This document shows, piece after piece, positions 33,829-41,768 of a stretch of 64,000 bases of DNA. The stretch lies in assembly GCA_964490985.1 (NCBI GenBank), contig CAZBER010000001.1:85354-149353 (forward strand). The letters run 5' to 3'. The notes under the pieces are model-generated. The model did no database searches and was not told where the DNA came from. It was given only the letters and a program-made list of their open reading frames with translations. Source of the stretch: an uncultured Desulfovibrionaceae bacterium. GTDB taxonomy: Bacteria; Desulfobacterota; Desulfovibrionia; Desulfovibrionales; Desulfovibrionaceae. Numbering within the stretch: position 1 is the first letter of the stretch; the number at the start of each line of letters is the position of its first letter. Both the position numbers and the translations under genes were made by a program.

Positions 33829-34580
33829 CGGAGGCGGCGGGACTGGACATCGGCTCGCGAAGCATCGAGCTGGTGGTGCTGCGCGGCGGCGCGGTCACGG
33901 CCACCCGCCGCCTGCCCACCACCTTTGATCCGATCAAACAGGTGCGCTCCCTGTTTCCGGACGGCGCGCCCGAGCTTCTGGCCGTCACGGGCTACGGCCG
34001 GGAACTGGCCCGGGAGATATTCCCCCAAGCCCGGGCCATCACCGAGATCAAGGCCCATGCCCTGGGCGTGGCCCACCTCTTTCCCCAGGCCAGGATGCTT
34101 CTGGACATCGGCGGCCAGGACACCAAGGCCGTGGTGCTGCTCCCGGGCGGCAAGGTCGGCCGGTTCGAGATGAACGACCGCTGCGCCGCGGGCACGGGCA
34201 AGTTCCTGGAATACACGGCCGGGGTCTTCGGCCTGTCCGTGGAGGAATTCGGCCGCCTGGCCCTGACCGGGGACGACGCGCCGCTTTTAAGCTCCATGTG
34301 CACGGTGTTCGCCGAAACCGAGGCCACCACCCTGGCGGCCCGGGGCGTTTCGGCCGCCAACATCGCCCTGGGCCTGCACCAGGCCATTGTTGCGCGCACG
34401 GCCTCCATGCTGGCCCGGGTGGGCGTGACCCCGCCTGTGGCCTTTGTCGGCGGGGTGGCCAGAAATCCCTGCGTGGCCAGGCTCCTGGCCGCGTCCCTGG
34501 GTCTGGACCTGCTCATTCCCGACGACCCGGACCTGACCGGAGCCCTGGGCGCGGCCCTGTGGCTGGGTTCGCGCCTCTAG
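33825..34580 (+). CDS. Acyl-CoA dehydratase activase (BcrA/D-BadF/G-HgdC ATPase)
   Basis: GTG at 33825 (GTGA overlap). GLDIGSRSIE, DIGGQDTKAV, NDRCAAGTGKFLE and FVGGVARN are present. Confidence 0.8.
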   Translation: MTEAAGLDIGSRSIELVVLRGGAVTATRRLPTTFDPIKQVRSLFPDGAPELLAVTGYGRELAREIFPQARAITEIKAHALGVAHLFPQARMLLDIGGQDTKAVVLLPGGKVGRFEMNDRCAAGTGKFLEYTAGVFGLSVEEFGRLALTGDDAPLLSSMCTVFAETEATTLAARGVSAANIALGLHQAIVARTASMLARVGVTPPVAFVGGVARNPCVARLLAASLGLDLLIPDDPDLTGALGAALWLGSRL

Positions 34581-34763
34581 CACAATCCAGGCATTTCGTC
34601 CCGGCCCGCACCAATTTCATTTCCGTAATAAATAATTATTATTGTAACTTGATTCGCCTTCCTGGCGGGCCTATGTCGTTCACATATTAACGTCGGGTCA
34701 GCCACCCGGCGTTCGTGCGTCGAGGTCCCGTTGTCCCAAGCCGCACATCCGGAGGAAGGACGT

Positions 34764-36239
34764 ATGAAACGGCTGAGCAGTCTTGCCTTGGCGGCTGTGT
34801 TGGTCCTGGGCGCTTTTGCCAGCGCCCTGGCCGCCACCGAAGTCAAGATGACTGGTGATGCGCGTATTTATGGAGACTTTTTTCAAAACCGGAACTTTAC
34901 CGGCTGGAACAAGGCCGGTAACAAAACCGAAGACACCTTCGAGATCTGGGAGCGCTTCCGCCTGCGCAGCGACTTCGTGGCCAACGAGGCCGTGAAGTTC
35001 CGCCTGAGCGTGAAGGTGGAAGACGTCTGGGGCCACGGCACCTTTGTGGCCGCCAACCCGGACGCCTCCCAGTCGCTGCAGGTCTACGAGGCCTACACCC
35101 AGTTCAAGTGGCCGGGTTGCGCCGTGGAAATAACGGCCGGCTTGCAGAGCGTCACGCTGCCGCACAGCGCGCTGTTCTACAACAGCCCGATCTACAGCGA
35201 CTACATGGCCGCCCTGACGGTGAACGCCCCGATCATTCCCGACACCCTGTCGGTGCTGGCCGGCTTTGGCCGCCTCATCGACACCAACCGGACCTACGAC
35301 GCCACCACGACCCAGAAGCCCGACGAGCTCGATGCCTACTTCCTGGCCCTGCCCGTCACGGTGGATGGATTCAAGGCCACGCCGTGGGCCATGCTGGCCG
35401 TGGTCGGCCGCAATGCCGACTACAGCTTCAAGGACACCACCGACACCACGGACTCGGGCAACTCCTACGCCAACACCCTGGTCTCCGCGGCCAGCGCCTC
35501 GGGCCTGACCACGCCGGGCACGCTCGGCTACTGGAAGAACGGACAGAATCCGTACTTCTGGGTCGGCGGCGCGTTCGAGGTGACCGCCCTTGATCCGGTG
35601 CGCTTCTACGCCGACGTCATCTACGGCGGCGGCGCCCAAAGCGACCACAAGGCGGCCAAGCGCGAAGGCTGGTTCATCGACGCCGCAGCCGAGTACACCG
35701 GCTGGGATATGGTCACCCCCCAGGTGTTCGCCTGGTGGTCCACCGGCGAAGACAAGTCCACGCGCAACGGCTCCGAGCGCATGCCCTACATGCGTTCCCA
35801 GTGGGGTCCGGGCAACAGCTTCCTGTTCGACAACAGCCAGGAGCTGGCCAAGGGTTCCAACATGTACGTGAGCCCGGTGGGCAACTACGGTATCGGCGCT
35901 TCGCTCAACAACATGTCGTTTATCGAAAAGTTGTCGCACCGCCTGACCTTCGTCTACCTGCGCGGCAACAACTCGCCCCGGGCCCTGCGCGACTCGCGGC
36001 TGTACTACAACTCCAACTACTTCACCATGGGCCATGACCTGACGACCAATGAGTATCTTTACGGTCTGAACTTCGACACGAAGTACATGATCTACGAGAA
36101 CCTGGCCGCCGTCATGGAAACGGGCTGGGCTCACGGCCAGTTCCAGGAAAGCGTTTGGGGTCATCGTCTGGCCCATCAGGCCGACAAGAACGACAACAAC
36201 GCCTGGAAGGTCGCGTTCGGCCTGACCTACAAGTTCTAG
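34764..36239 (+). CDS. Outer-membrane porin (Desulfovibrio-type)
   Basis: MKRLSSLALAAVLVLGAFASALA is a signal peptide. Alternating beta-strand pattern throughout. C-terminal WKVAFGLTYKF. GGAGG RBS. Confidence 0.8.
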   Translation: MKRLSSLALAAVLVLGAFASALAATEVKMTGDARIYGDFFQNRNFTGWNKAGNKTEDTFEIWERFRLRSDFVANEAVKFRLSVKVEDVWGHGTFVAANPDASQSLQVYEAYTQFKWPGCAVEITAGLQSVTLPHSALFYNSPIYSDYMAALTVNAPIIPDTLSVLAGFGRLIDTNRTYDATTTQKPDELDAYFLALPVTVDGFKATPWAMLAVVGRNADYSFKDTTDTTDSGNSYANTLVSAASASGLTTPGTLGYWKNGQNPYFWVGGAFEVTALDPVRFYADVIYGGGAQSDHKAAKREGWFIDAAAEYTGWDMVTPQVFAWWSTGEDKSTRNGSERMPYMRSQWGPGNSFLFDNSQELAKGSNMYVSPVGNYGIGASLNNMSFIEKLSHRLTFVYLRGNNSPRALRDSRLYYNSNYFTMGHDLTTNEYLYGLNFDTKYMIYENLAAVMETGWAHGQFQESVWGHRLAHQADKNDNNAWKVAFGLTYKF

Positions 36240-36267
36240 GCGGCCATCGGTACCTGCGACGCACGGA

Positions 36268-36295
36268 CCGGAGCCTTCGGGCTCCGGTTTTTTTT
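36268..36295 (+). terminator. Rho-independent terminator after porin gene
   Basis: ccggagcc-ttcg-ggctccgg followed by tttttttt. Confidence 0.85.
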
Positions 36296-36365
36296 GCGCT
36301 CCGGCCCGGCCGTGTTGACGGGCCAGGGCCGATCGGCAAAACAACCGGAAACAGGAGGAAACGAC

Positions 36366-36746
36366 ATGGAGAAAAAAACCGTTGCCACGGCAGCCGCGCC
36401 CCAGGCCATTGGCCCCTATTCCCTGGGCGTGTGGGCCGGGGACCTGCTTTTTGTTTCCGGCCAGACGCCCACGGACCCGGCCACCGGCGCCATTGTGGCC
36501 GGATCCGTGGCCGAACAGACGCACCAGACCATTCGAAACGTCCGGGCCGTTCTGGAAGCCGCCGGCCTTGGCCTGGAAAACGTGGTCAAATGCACGCTGT
36601 TCATCAAGGACATGAACGACTTCGGCGCCATCAACGCCATCTATGCCGAGTATTTCAAGCCGCCCTACCCGGCCCGCTCCTGCGTGGAGGTGGCCCGGCT
36701 TCCCCGCGACGTGCTGGTGGAGCTGGAGGTGGTGGCTGCCCGCTAG
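36366..36746 (+). CDS. ridA: RidA/YjgF-family reactive intermediate deaminase
   Basis: APQAIGPYSLGVWAGDLLFVSGQ, NVVKCTLFIKDMNDF and ARSCVEVARLPRDVLVE are present. Confidence 0.85.
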   Translation: MEKKTVATAAAPQAIGPYSLGVWAGDLLFVSGQTPTDPATGAIVAGSVAEQTHQTIRNVRAVLEAAGLGLENVVKCTLFIKDMNDFGAINAIYAEYFKPPYPARSCVEVARLPRDVLVELEVVAAR

Positions 36747-36804
36747 AATTGTGTCCTTGAAGATGTAACGGAAGACCGCACTGGACGTTCCAGTGTACCG
36801 CTCC

Positions 36805-36870
36805 AAAACCGCTATGGGTTTCCAAAGGGAGGAACCCGTTGGTCGCCGAAGGCTTCAAAAACGACTCTTT
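36805..36870 (+). repeat. Intergenic repeat family, copy 2
   Basis: aaaaccgctatgggtttccaaagggaggaacccgttggtcgccgaaggcttcaaaaacgactcttt. Confidence 0.8.
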
Positions 36871-36978
36871 GTGCAAGTCCGGAAGCCGCCGGTCGCGGCC
36901 AAGGCGCTTTTCCCGGCTTGACTTTCCGGGCCGGCCCGGGAATCCTGAGGCGTTGTGGCTGCAAGCAAGGGAGCACGC

Positions 36979-38055
36979 ATGAACAACGTCAAAGGCGTCG
37001 ACGCCGAGGCTGGCGGCAAACGGTTTCGGGCGGCCCGGATCTTTTCCGTACCCGATGATGTCAAATTCCTGGACACCCTGGAACTGACCCGGCTTTCCGA
37101 CGCCTTCACGGCCTGGACCGAACGGGCCGGACGGCCGGACGTGGCGGTTTCCCGCAACCGGGTGCGCCTGATCTACCTGATGCTGCGCCACACCGGAGCC
37201 CGGCTGGGCGAGGTGCTGGCCTTGAACGACAAGACCGACGTCGACCTGGACAACCTGTCGGTCATGCTCGGGGGGGGCGGCGGCGAGGGCCGGGAAGTCC
37301 AGATTCCGGCCGAGCTGGGCGACGCCCTGGCGGCTGTTTTTGCCGAGCCTGCCTATGCCTCGCTTCGGGGCACGCTTTTTCGGCTGGACCAGGGGCACGT
37401 GCGCCGCAAATTCTATGAGCGGGCCGAGGAATGCGGCTTTACCAAGGAACTGGTCAACCCGAGCACCATCCGCCGCTCCAGGGCCGTGGAACTGTTGCGC
37501 GAGGACGTGCCCCTGCCCGTGGTCCAGCGCATCCTCGGCCACTCCACGGCCGACCTGACCGCGGCCTTCCTGCATTTGCCCGAGGAACAGCGCCGCAAGG
37601 TGGAACGCCAGGTGCTGACCCGGGAAACCCGGCGCACCAGCGCCCGCAACGCCTTTTTCGGCCGGGTGGCCCAGGTGCAAAAGGGCGACATCCAGTCCCT
37701 GGTGGTGGTGGAAAGCCTGGGCGGCCATGCCGTTTCCTCGGTCATCACCAACGAGAGCCTCAAAAACCTGGGCGTGACCGAAGGCAGCTTTGTCACGGCC
37801 GAAATCAAGGCCCCGTGGGTGGTGCTGGAGTGCTGCGACGAGATGCCCCGGGCCACGGCGTCCAACCGTTTCCTGGGCGAGGTGGAACTGATACGCTCCG
37901 GGGAGCTCACGGCCGAAGTCATCCTGGCCCTGGCCGACGGCACCCGCCTGTGCGCCCTGATCACGACCCAGAGCGTGCGCGAGCTGGGCCTGGCCGAGGG
38001 CCAGAAGCTGTGGGCCATGTTCAACGCCTTTGCCGTGGTGCTGCACGTGGAATAA
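36979..38055 (+). CDS. TunR-like regulator: tyrosine-recombinase-fold N-terminal domain fused to two TOBE/Mop domains
   Basis: LMLRHTGARLGEVLAL (box I Arg) and VVQRILGHSTADLTAAFLH (LGH kept, Tyr position is Phe) mark the recombinase fold. The two TOBE units are SARNAFFGRVAQVQKGD...AEIKAPWVVL and ASNRFLGEVELIRSGE...FNAFAVVLH. Confidence 0.75.
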   Translation: MNNVKGVDAEAGGKRFRAARIFSVPDDVKFLDTLELTRLSDAFTAWTERAGRPDVAVSRNRVRLIYLMLRHTGARLGEVLALNDKTDVDLDNLSVMLGGGGGEGREVQIPAELGDALAAVFAEPAYASLRGTLFRLDQGHVRRKFYERAEECGFTKELVNPSTIRRSRAVELLREDVPLPVVQRILGHSTADLTAAFLHLPEEQRRKVERQVLTRETRRTSARNAFFGRVAQVQKGDIQSLVVVESLGGHAVSSVITNESLKNLGVTEGSFVTAEIKAPWVVLECCDEMPRATASNRFLGEVELIRSGELTAEVILALADGTRLCALITTQSVRELGLAEGQKLWAMFNAFAVVLHVE

Positions 38056-38091
38056 GCCCAAGGCAAGCCGGGTTGCCCGGGGAGACCGACC

Positions 38092-38511
38092 ATGAAAACC
38101 CTCATCGTCTGCCTGGACGGTTCGCCGCCCTCCCTGCTGGCCCTGGAAAAGGCCCTGGACCAGGCCGCCTGCGGCGTCGTGGACATCCTGGCCGTCACGG
38201 CCGTGGAAGCCCTGTCCTTTTTCGATTGCGAGGCCAAGGACTGTGAAACGGTTTTCAAGTCCGTCATGGCCGAGCCCAAAAAGATTCTGGCCGAGGCCGA
38301 GCAACTGGCCCGGCAGCGGGGCCTGACCATCCGCACCCTGGCCGCGCCCGGCCGTCCGGCCGAGACCGTGGCCCGCATCGCCCGGCAGGAAAACGCCGAG
38401 GCCATCTACATCGGCAGCCGGGGCAAGGACGACGTGGAAAACCTGCTTCTGGGCAGCGTTTCCACCCGTCTGGTCCAGATCGCGCCCTGCACCGTGGTGG
38501 TGGTGCGCTAG
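38092..38511 (+). CDS. Universal stress protein (UspA family)
   Basis: MKTLIVCLDGS...IYIGSRGKDDVENLLLGSVSTRLVQIAPCTVVVV. Confidence 0.85.
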   Translation: MKTLIVCLDGSPPSLLALEKALDQAACGVVDILAVTAVEALSFFDCEAKDCETVFKSVMAEPKKILAEAEQLARQRGLTIRTLAAPGRPAETVARIARQENAEAIYIGSRGKDDVENLLLGSVSTRLVQIAPCTVVVVR

Positions 38512-38518
38512 GGCGCCG

Positions 38519-39358
38519 TCACTTCTTCGGAATCTCCGGCGTCCTGGCCACCAGGTGAGACGGCGAGACGTCCGCGTCCGGTCCCAGCCGGGCCTCGGCC
38601 GATTCCGGCCCCACCCGCAGGACCGTCATTGTCCCCACAAGCCGCTGTTTCGGGTCGAACAGGTACAGGCTGTCGCCCTCGCCCACGCCATGATCGGCCC
38701 CCAGGCCGACCAGCAGTTCCCAATGGTCCTTTTCCCGGGCCAGCTTGTAGATGGGGCCAAGGCCCCGGGCCTGCAGGCCCGCATCCTCGCGGCCGGCCCG
38801 GCCAAAGGCCTGGAACAGGAGCAGCGCCGCCAGGGGTACGATGGCCGAAACCACCCACCAGGGGCCAACCCCCAGGTAGCGTTCGGACAGGGAGGCGTAG
38901 CTGGCCCGCAGGGACGCGGCATCGGGGAAAACCGCCACCTGGACCCGCGAAGGCTCCCGGTCCGCCGCCTCCCGGTCGATGACCTCCCGGGGGAACACCT
39001 CCACCACGTACCGGCCGGCCGCCACTTCCGGAGCCACAATCAGTTCCCCGCGCCAGACCCGGCCCCGCAGCTCCAGGAAACGGACCGACACCCCGGGCGC
39101 ATCGGCCTTTTGATCCAGCACCTTGGCGTTGAGCAGCGCCACCCGCTCGGACTCCCGGGCCGCGTCTTCGGACCGCGGCAGCAGATTGACGTTCTCCACG
39201 GCCACGGGGAGCTTGCCCACCACCTGGTGGCGCGTTCCGGGCAGGGCGCGCAGCACCTCGCTGCGGGCGTCGAAAACGAGGTACAAGACGATGTCCGCCA
39301 TGCCGGCCAGAAACAGGATGAAAAGCAGCACCGACAGCCGCGGCAGGATTTTTCTCAT
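38519..39358 (-). CDS. Membrane protein, unknown function (last gene of the sigma54-promoted operon)
   Basis: MRKILPRLSVLLFILFLAGMADIVLYLVF is an N-terminal TM. A second TM, WWVVSAIVPLAALLLFQAF, lies mid-protein. ATG at 39358. Confidence 0.6.
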   Translation of the reverse strand: MRKILPRLSVLLFILFLAGMADIVLYLVFDARSEVLRALPGTRHQVVGKLPVAVENVNLLPRSEDAARESERVALLNAKVLDQKADAPGVSVRFLELRGRVWRGELIVAPEVAAGRYVVEVFPREVIDREAADREPSRVQVAVFPDAASLRASYASLSERYLGVGPWWVVSAIVPLAALLLFQAFGRAGREDAGLQARGLGPIYKLAREKDHWELLVGLGADHGVGEGDSLYLFDPKQRLVGTMTVLRVGPESAEARLGPDADVSPSHLVARTPEIPKK

Positions 39359-39367
39359 CACAGCCCC

Positions 39368-39616
39368 CTACCCGGCGACCGCCCCAGGGTCGGATGTTGC
39401 CTGCGCGGCCGCTTCCCGGCGCTTGAACCATTGCAGCAAGGCGAACGACACGAGCACCGTGGGCGCGAACAGGGGCACGTAAGCGGTCAGGAAGGTCTCG
39501 GAAAAATCGGCCGTGGTGGTGAAGCCGCGGTAAAAGGCGTAAGCAAGCTCCGCCACGAGCAGGACATCCATGCCGATGAGGGTCATGATCCGCTTGGCCG
39601 GATAGGACAGGGACAT
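39368..39616 (-). CDS. Small two-TM membrane protein, unknown function
   Basis: 82 aa. TM segments are LIGMDVLLVAELAYAFY and YVPLFAPTVLVSFALLQWF. Confidence 0.5.
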   Translation of the reverse strand: MSLSYPAKRIMTLIGMDVLLVAELAYAFYRGFTTTADFSETFLTAYVPLFAPTVLVSFALLQWFKRREAAAQATSDPGAVAG

Positions 39617-39680
39617 GGCGCGCTCCTTCTGGGGGAGGCGCCCCGTTTCCGGAACGCCTCCCTGGTTTGGGTGTGGGGGG

Positions 39681-40016
39681 TTATTTTTTGCGCAGGTCCT
39701 GCTTGGAAACGTTCATGACCTTGGCCGCCACCTTTTTTTCGCCTTCCACGGTATAGGCGATGCGCAGGATGTCGCCGGGCTCGGGATTGATGCCGATCTT
39801 GGCCTGGCTTACGTCGTAGACGGTCTGGATGCCCGTTGTCTTGCCGTAGGGGCTGGCCTGGTCGAAGTTGGTGTCATACTCCTCGATCTTGACGGTTTTC
39901 TGGTCCTTGTTGTTTTCCAGGCACTTGCCCTGGACCACGCCGAAGGCCAGGGCCTGCCCGGCCAGGAACGTCACCAGGGTCAGGGCCGCGGCGGTCAGGA
40001 ACGCGTGACAACGCAT
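39681..40016 (-). CDS. Small secreted protein, unknown function
   Basis: ATG at 40016 after AAGGAGG. MRCHAFLTAAALTLVTFLAGQALA is a signal peptide. This is only the C-terminal third of track ORF 39681..41021. Confidence 0.6.
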   Translation of the reverse strand: MRCHAFLTAAALTLVTFLAGQALAFGVVQGKCLENNKDQKTVKIEEYDTNFDQASPYGKTTGIQTVYDVSQAKIGINPEPGDILRIAYTVEGEKKVAAKVMNVSKQDLRKK

Positions 40017-40039
40017 GGTGTATCCTCCTTTGCTGTCGG

Positions 40040-41074
40040 CTAGGCCGATTGTTGGGCCTGGGCCCTTTTGGCGCGCAGTTCCTGGGCGGCGCCCGTGAGC
40101 ATGATCTTGATGATCCACAGGCAGATCAGGCTGATGGTGCTCAGGATGACCACGGCGGCCAGGACGTCGAACTTGAACTGCTTGAGGATGATGGAGAGCA
40201 TGCAGCACAGCACGGCCACGCCAAAGGCCAGGCGGATGCCGTAGCCCCGGGCGTATTTGGTGGCCACGGTGCCGAGCTGGGCCCCGATGGCCGCGCCGGT
40301 GAGCATCACGAACACGGCCACGAGCTCGATGCGGCCCTTGAGGGCGTAGGTGAAAGCGCCATAGAGGCCCGAGATCATGACCTCGAACAGGTCGGTGCCC
40401 ACGGCGATGTGGGTCGGGCAGCCGATCAGGTAGACCAGGGCCGGCATGCGGAACAGGCCGCCGCCGATGCCCAGGAAGCCGGCCATCACGCCGGTGATGT
40501 AGCTGACCAGGATCGGCAGCCAGGCCGAGCAGGTGAAGCCGGCCGTCTTGAAATGCATCATGGGCGGGATGTTGAGCTTGTGCATGGTCTTGTACCAGGT
40601 CAAGCCCTCGGTGCCGTGCTGGCCGGTCACGCCGGCCTTCTTTTTCCGGACGGCCTTGGAGTAGTCGTAAAAGACCATCCAGGCGATGAGCGCCAAAAGC
40701 ACCACGTACACCCAGCGCACCACCGGGCCGATGGTGCCCAGGCGTTCGAGCTTCATGATGATCTGGGCCCCGCACTCGATGCCGATCATGGTGCCCACGA
40801 GCATGACGATGCCCAGTTTGTAGTCCACGTTGCCGAACTTGGCGTGGCGCATGGTGGAGATCATGGATTTGCCCGCAATGTGGGCGATGTCCGTACCAAT
40901 GGCGAAGGCCATGGGAAAGCCCAGGATATTGAGCCCGGGGGTGACCATCCAGGCCCCGGCCATGCCGAAGAATCCGCCGATGACGCCCACCGAGAAGCCG
41001 ATCAGCACGAGGCCGGGCCACAGTATCTTTACGCCGGCGATGGGCATGTACATATAGAGCCAGCTGGCATCCAT
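40040..41074 (-). CDS. TauE/SafE-family (sulfite-exporter-like) anion permease
   Basis: 344 aa and polytopic. GFSVGVIGGFFGMAGAWMVTPGLNILG and GFLGIGGGLFRMPALVYLIG form the TauE internal repeat. Confidence 0.8.
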   Translation of the reverse strand: MDASWLYMYMPIAGVKILWPGLVLIGFSVGVIGGFFGMAGAWMVTPGLNILGFPMAFAIGTDIAHIAGKSMISTMRHAKFGNVDYKLGIVMLVGTMIGIECGAQIIMKLERLGTIGPVVRWVYVVLLALIAWMVFYDYSKAVRKKKAGVTGQHGTEGLTWYKTMHKLNIPPMMHFKTAGFTCSAWLPILVSYITGVMAGFLGIGGGLFRMPALVYLIGCPTHIAVGTDLFEVMISGLYGAFTYALKGRIELVAVFVMLTGAAIGAQLGTVATKYARGYGIRLAFGVAVLCCMLSIILKQFKFDVLAAVVILSTISLICLWIIKIMLTGAAQELRAKRAQAQQSA

Positions 41075-41101
41075 TGCATATCCTCCGTTGGTTTCTTCGG
41101 C

Positions 41102-41401
41102 CTAGTGCTCGATGATCTTGCGGGACTTCAGGTCAAGGCCCGTGCGCGACATGATCATGTCCATGAACACGCCCAGAAAGCAGCCGTAGCCGGCGGTCAG
41201 GATCACGGCCCAGACCGCGAACAGGACCGGGTTGAAATTGTAAAGGTCGGCAAAATACCTGAGTATGCTGGACGAGATGACCCGGGTATCGGCCACCACG
41301 ACGAGCTCCGAGGCTCCCCCGCCGCCGGCGGCCAGGGCCAGGGCCGGAACGAAAAGCCCCGCCAGCAGGGCGCCCATTGTCAGCCAGGTTCTGCGATGCA
41401 T
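41102..41401 (-). CDS. Small membrane protein, unknown function (first gene of the sigma54-promoted operon)
   Basis: ATG at 41401 after GGAGG. MHRRTWLTMGALLAGLFVPALALAAGG is signal-like. One later TM: VLFAVWAVILTAGYGCFLGVF. Confidence 0.6.
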   Translation of the reverse strand: MHRRTWLTMGALLAGLFVPALALAAGGGGASELVVVADTRVISSSILRYFADLYNFNPVLFAVWAVILTAGYGCFLGVFMDMIMSRTGLDLKSRKIIEH

Positions 41402-41515
41402 GCGATCCTCCATCTGTTGCGGTTGCTTGACCACAAACACGGAACAGGGCGCGGGCCTCCGGGTGGTGGTTTCGGGGACAGCCGCACCGGCCTGCGACGT
41501 GCTTGTTCCAAAAAG

Positions 41516-41531
41516 AGCAACCGCCATGCCA
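41516..41531 (-). promoter_or_regulatory. Sigma54 (-24/-12) promoter, near-consensus
   Basis: The minus strand reads TGGCAT-GGCGG-TTGCT. It lies about 115 nt upstream of the ATG at 41401 and is divergent from a sigma54 activator gene. Confidence 0.75.
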
Positions 41532-41768
41532 TCTGCAAATTTTTGAAAATTTAGATAATAGCTTAGGTAGTTTATAAAAAAAGGCAAAATCAGACATTGA
41601 CAGGCAGGCCTTTTCTGGCATGACCACAGAGAGGCGTAGACGGGTAAAACATATTGAATTGACAAGAAAAATAAAAAGACCGGCAAAATCGGGCAACGAA
41701 AACACCATTCCGGCAATCCCGATCTGGCCGGATACCTGTTGAACCTCCTCGCCGGAAGAGGGGCCGCC

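Noticed and set aside
36979-38055. Phage-integrase-like domain as evidence of a mobile element
   Set aside because: The catalytic Tyr and His positions are substituted. The domain is fused to TOBE domains. There are no flanking att-like repeats or other phage genes. I interpret it as a regulator.
34698-38304. Long minus-strand ORFs 34698..36806 and 36655..38304
   Set aside because: They are antisense to the porin, ridA and TunR-like genes. Their composition is low-complexity and they have no RBS or motifs.
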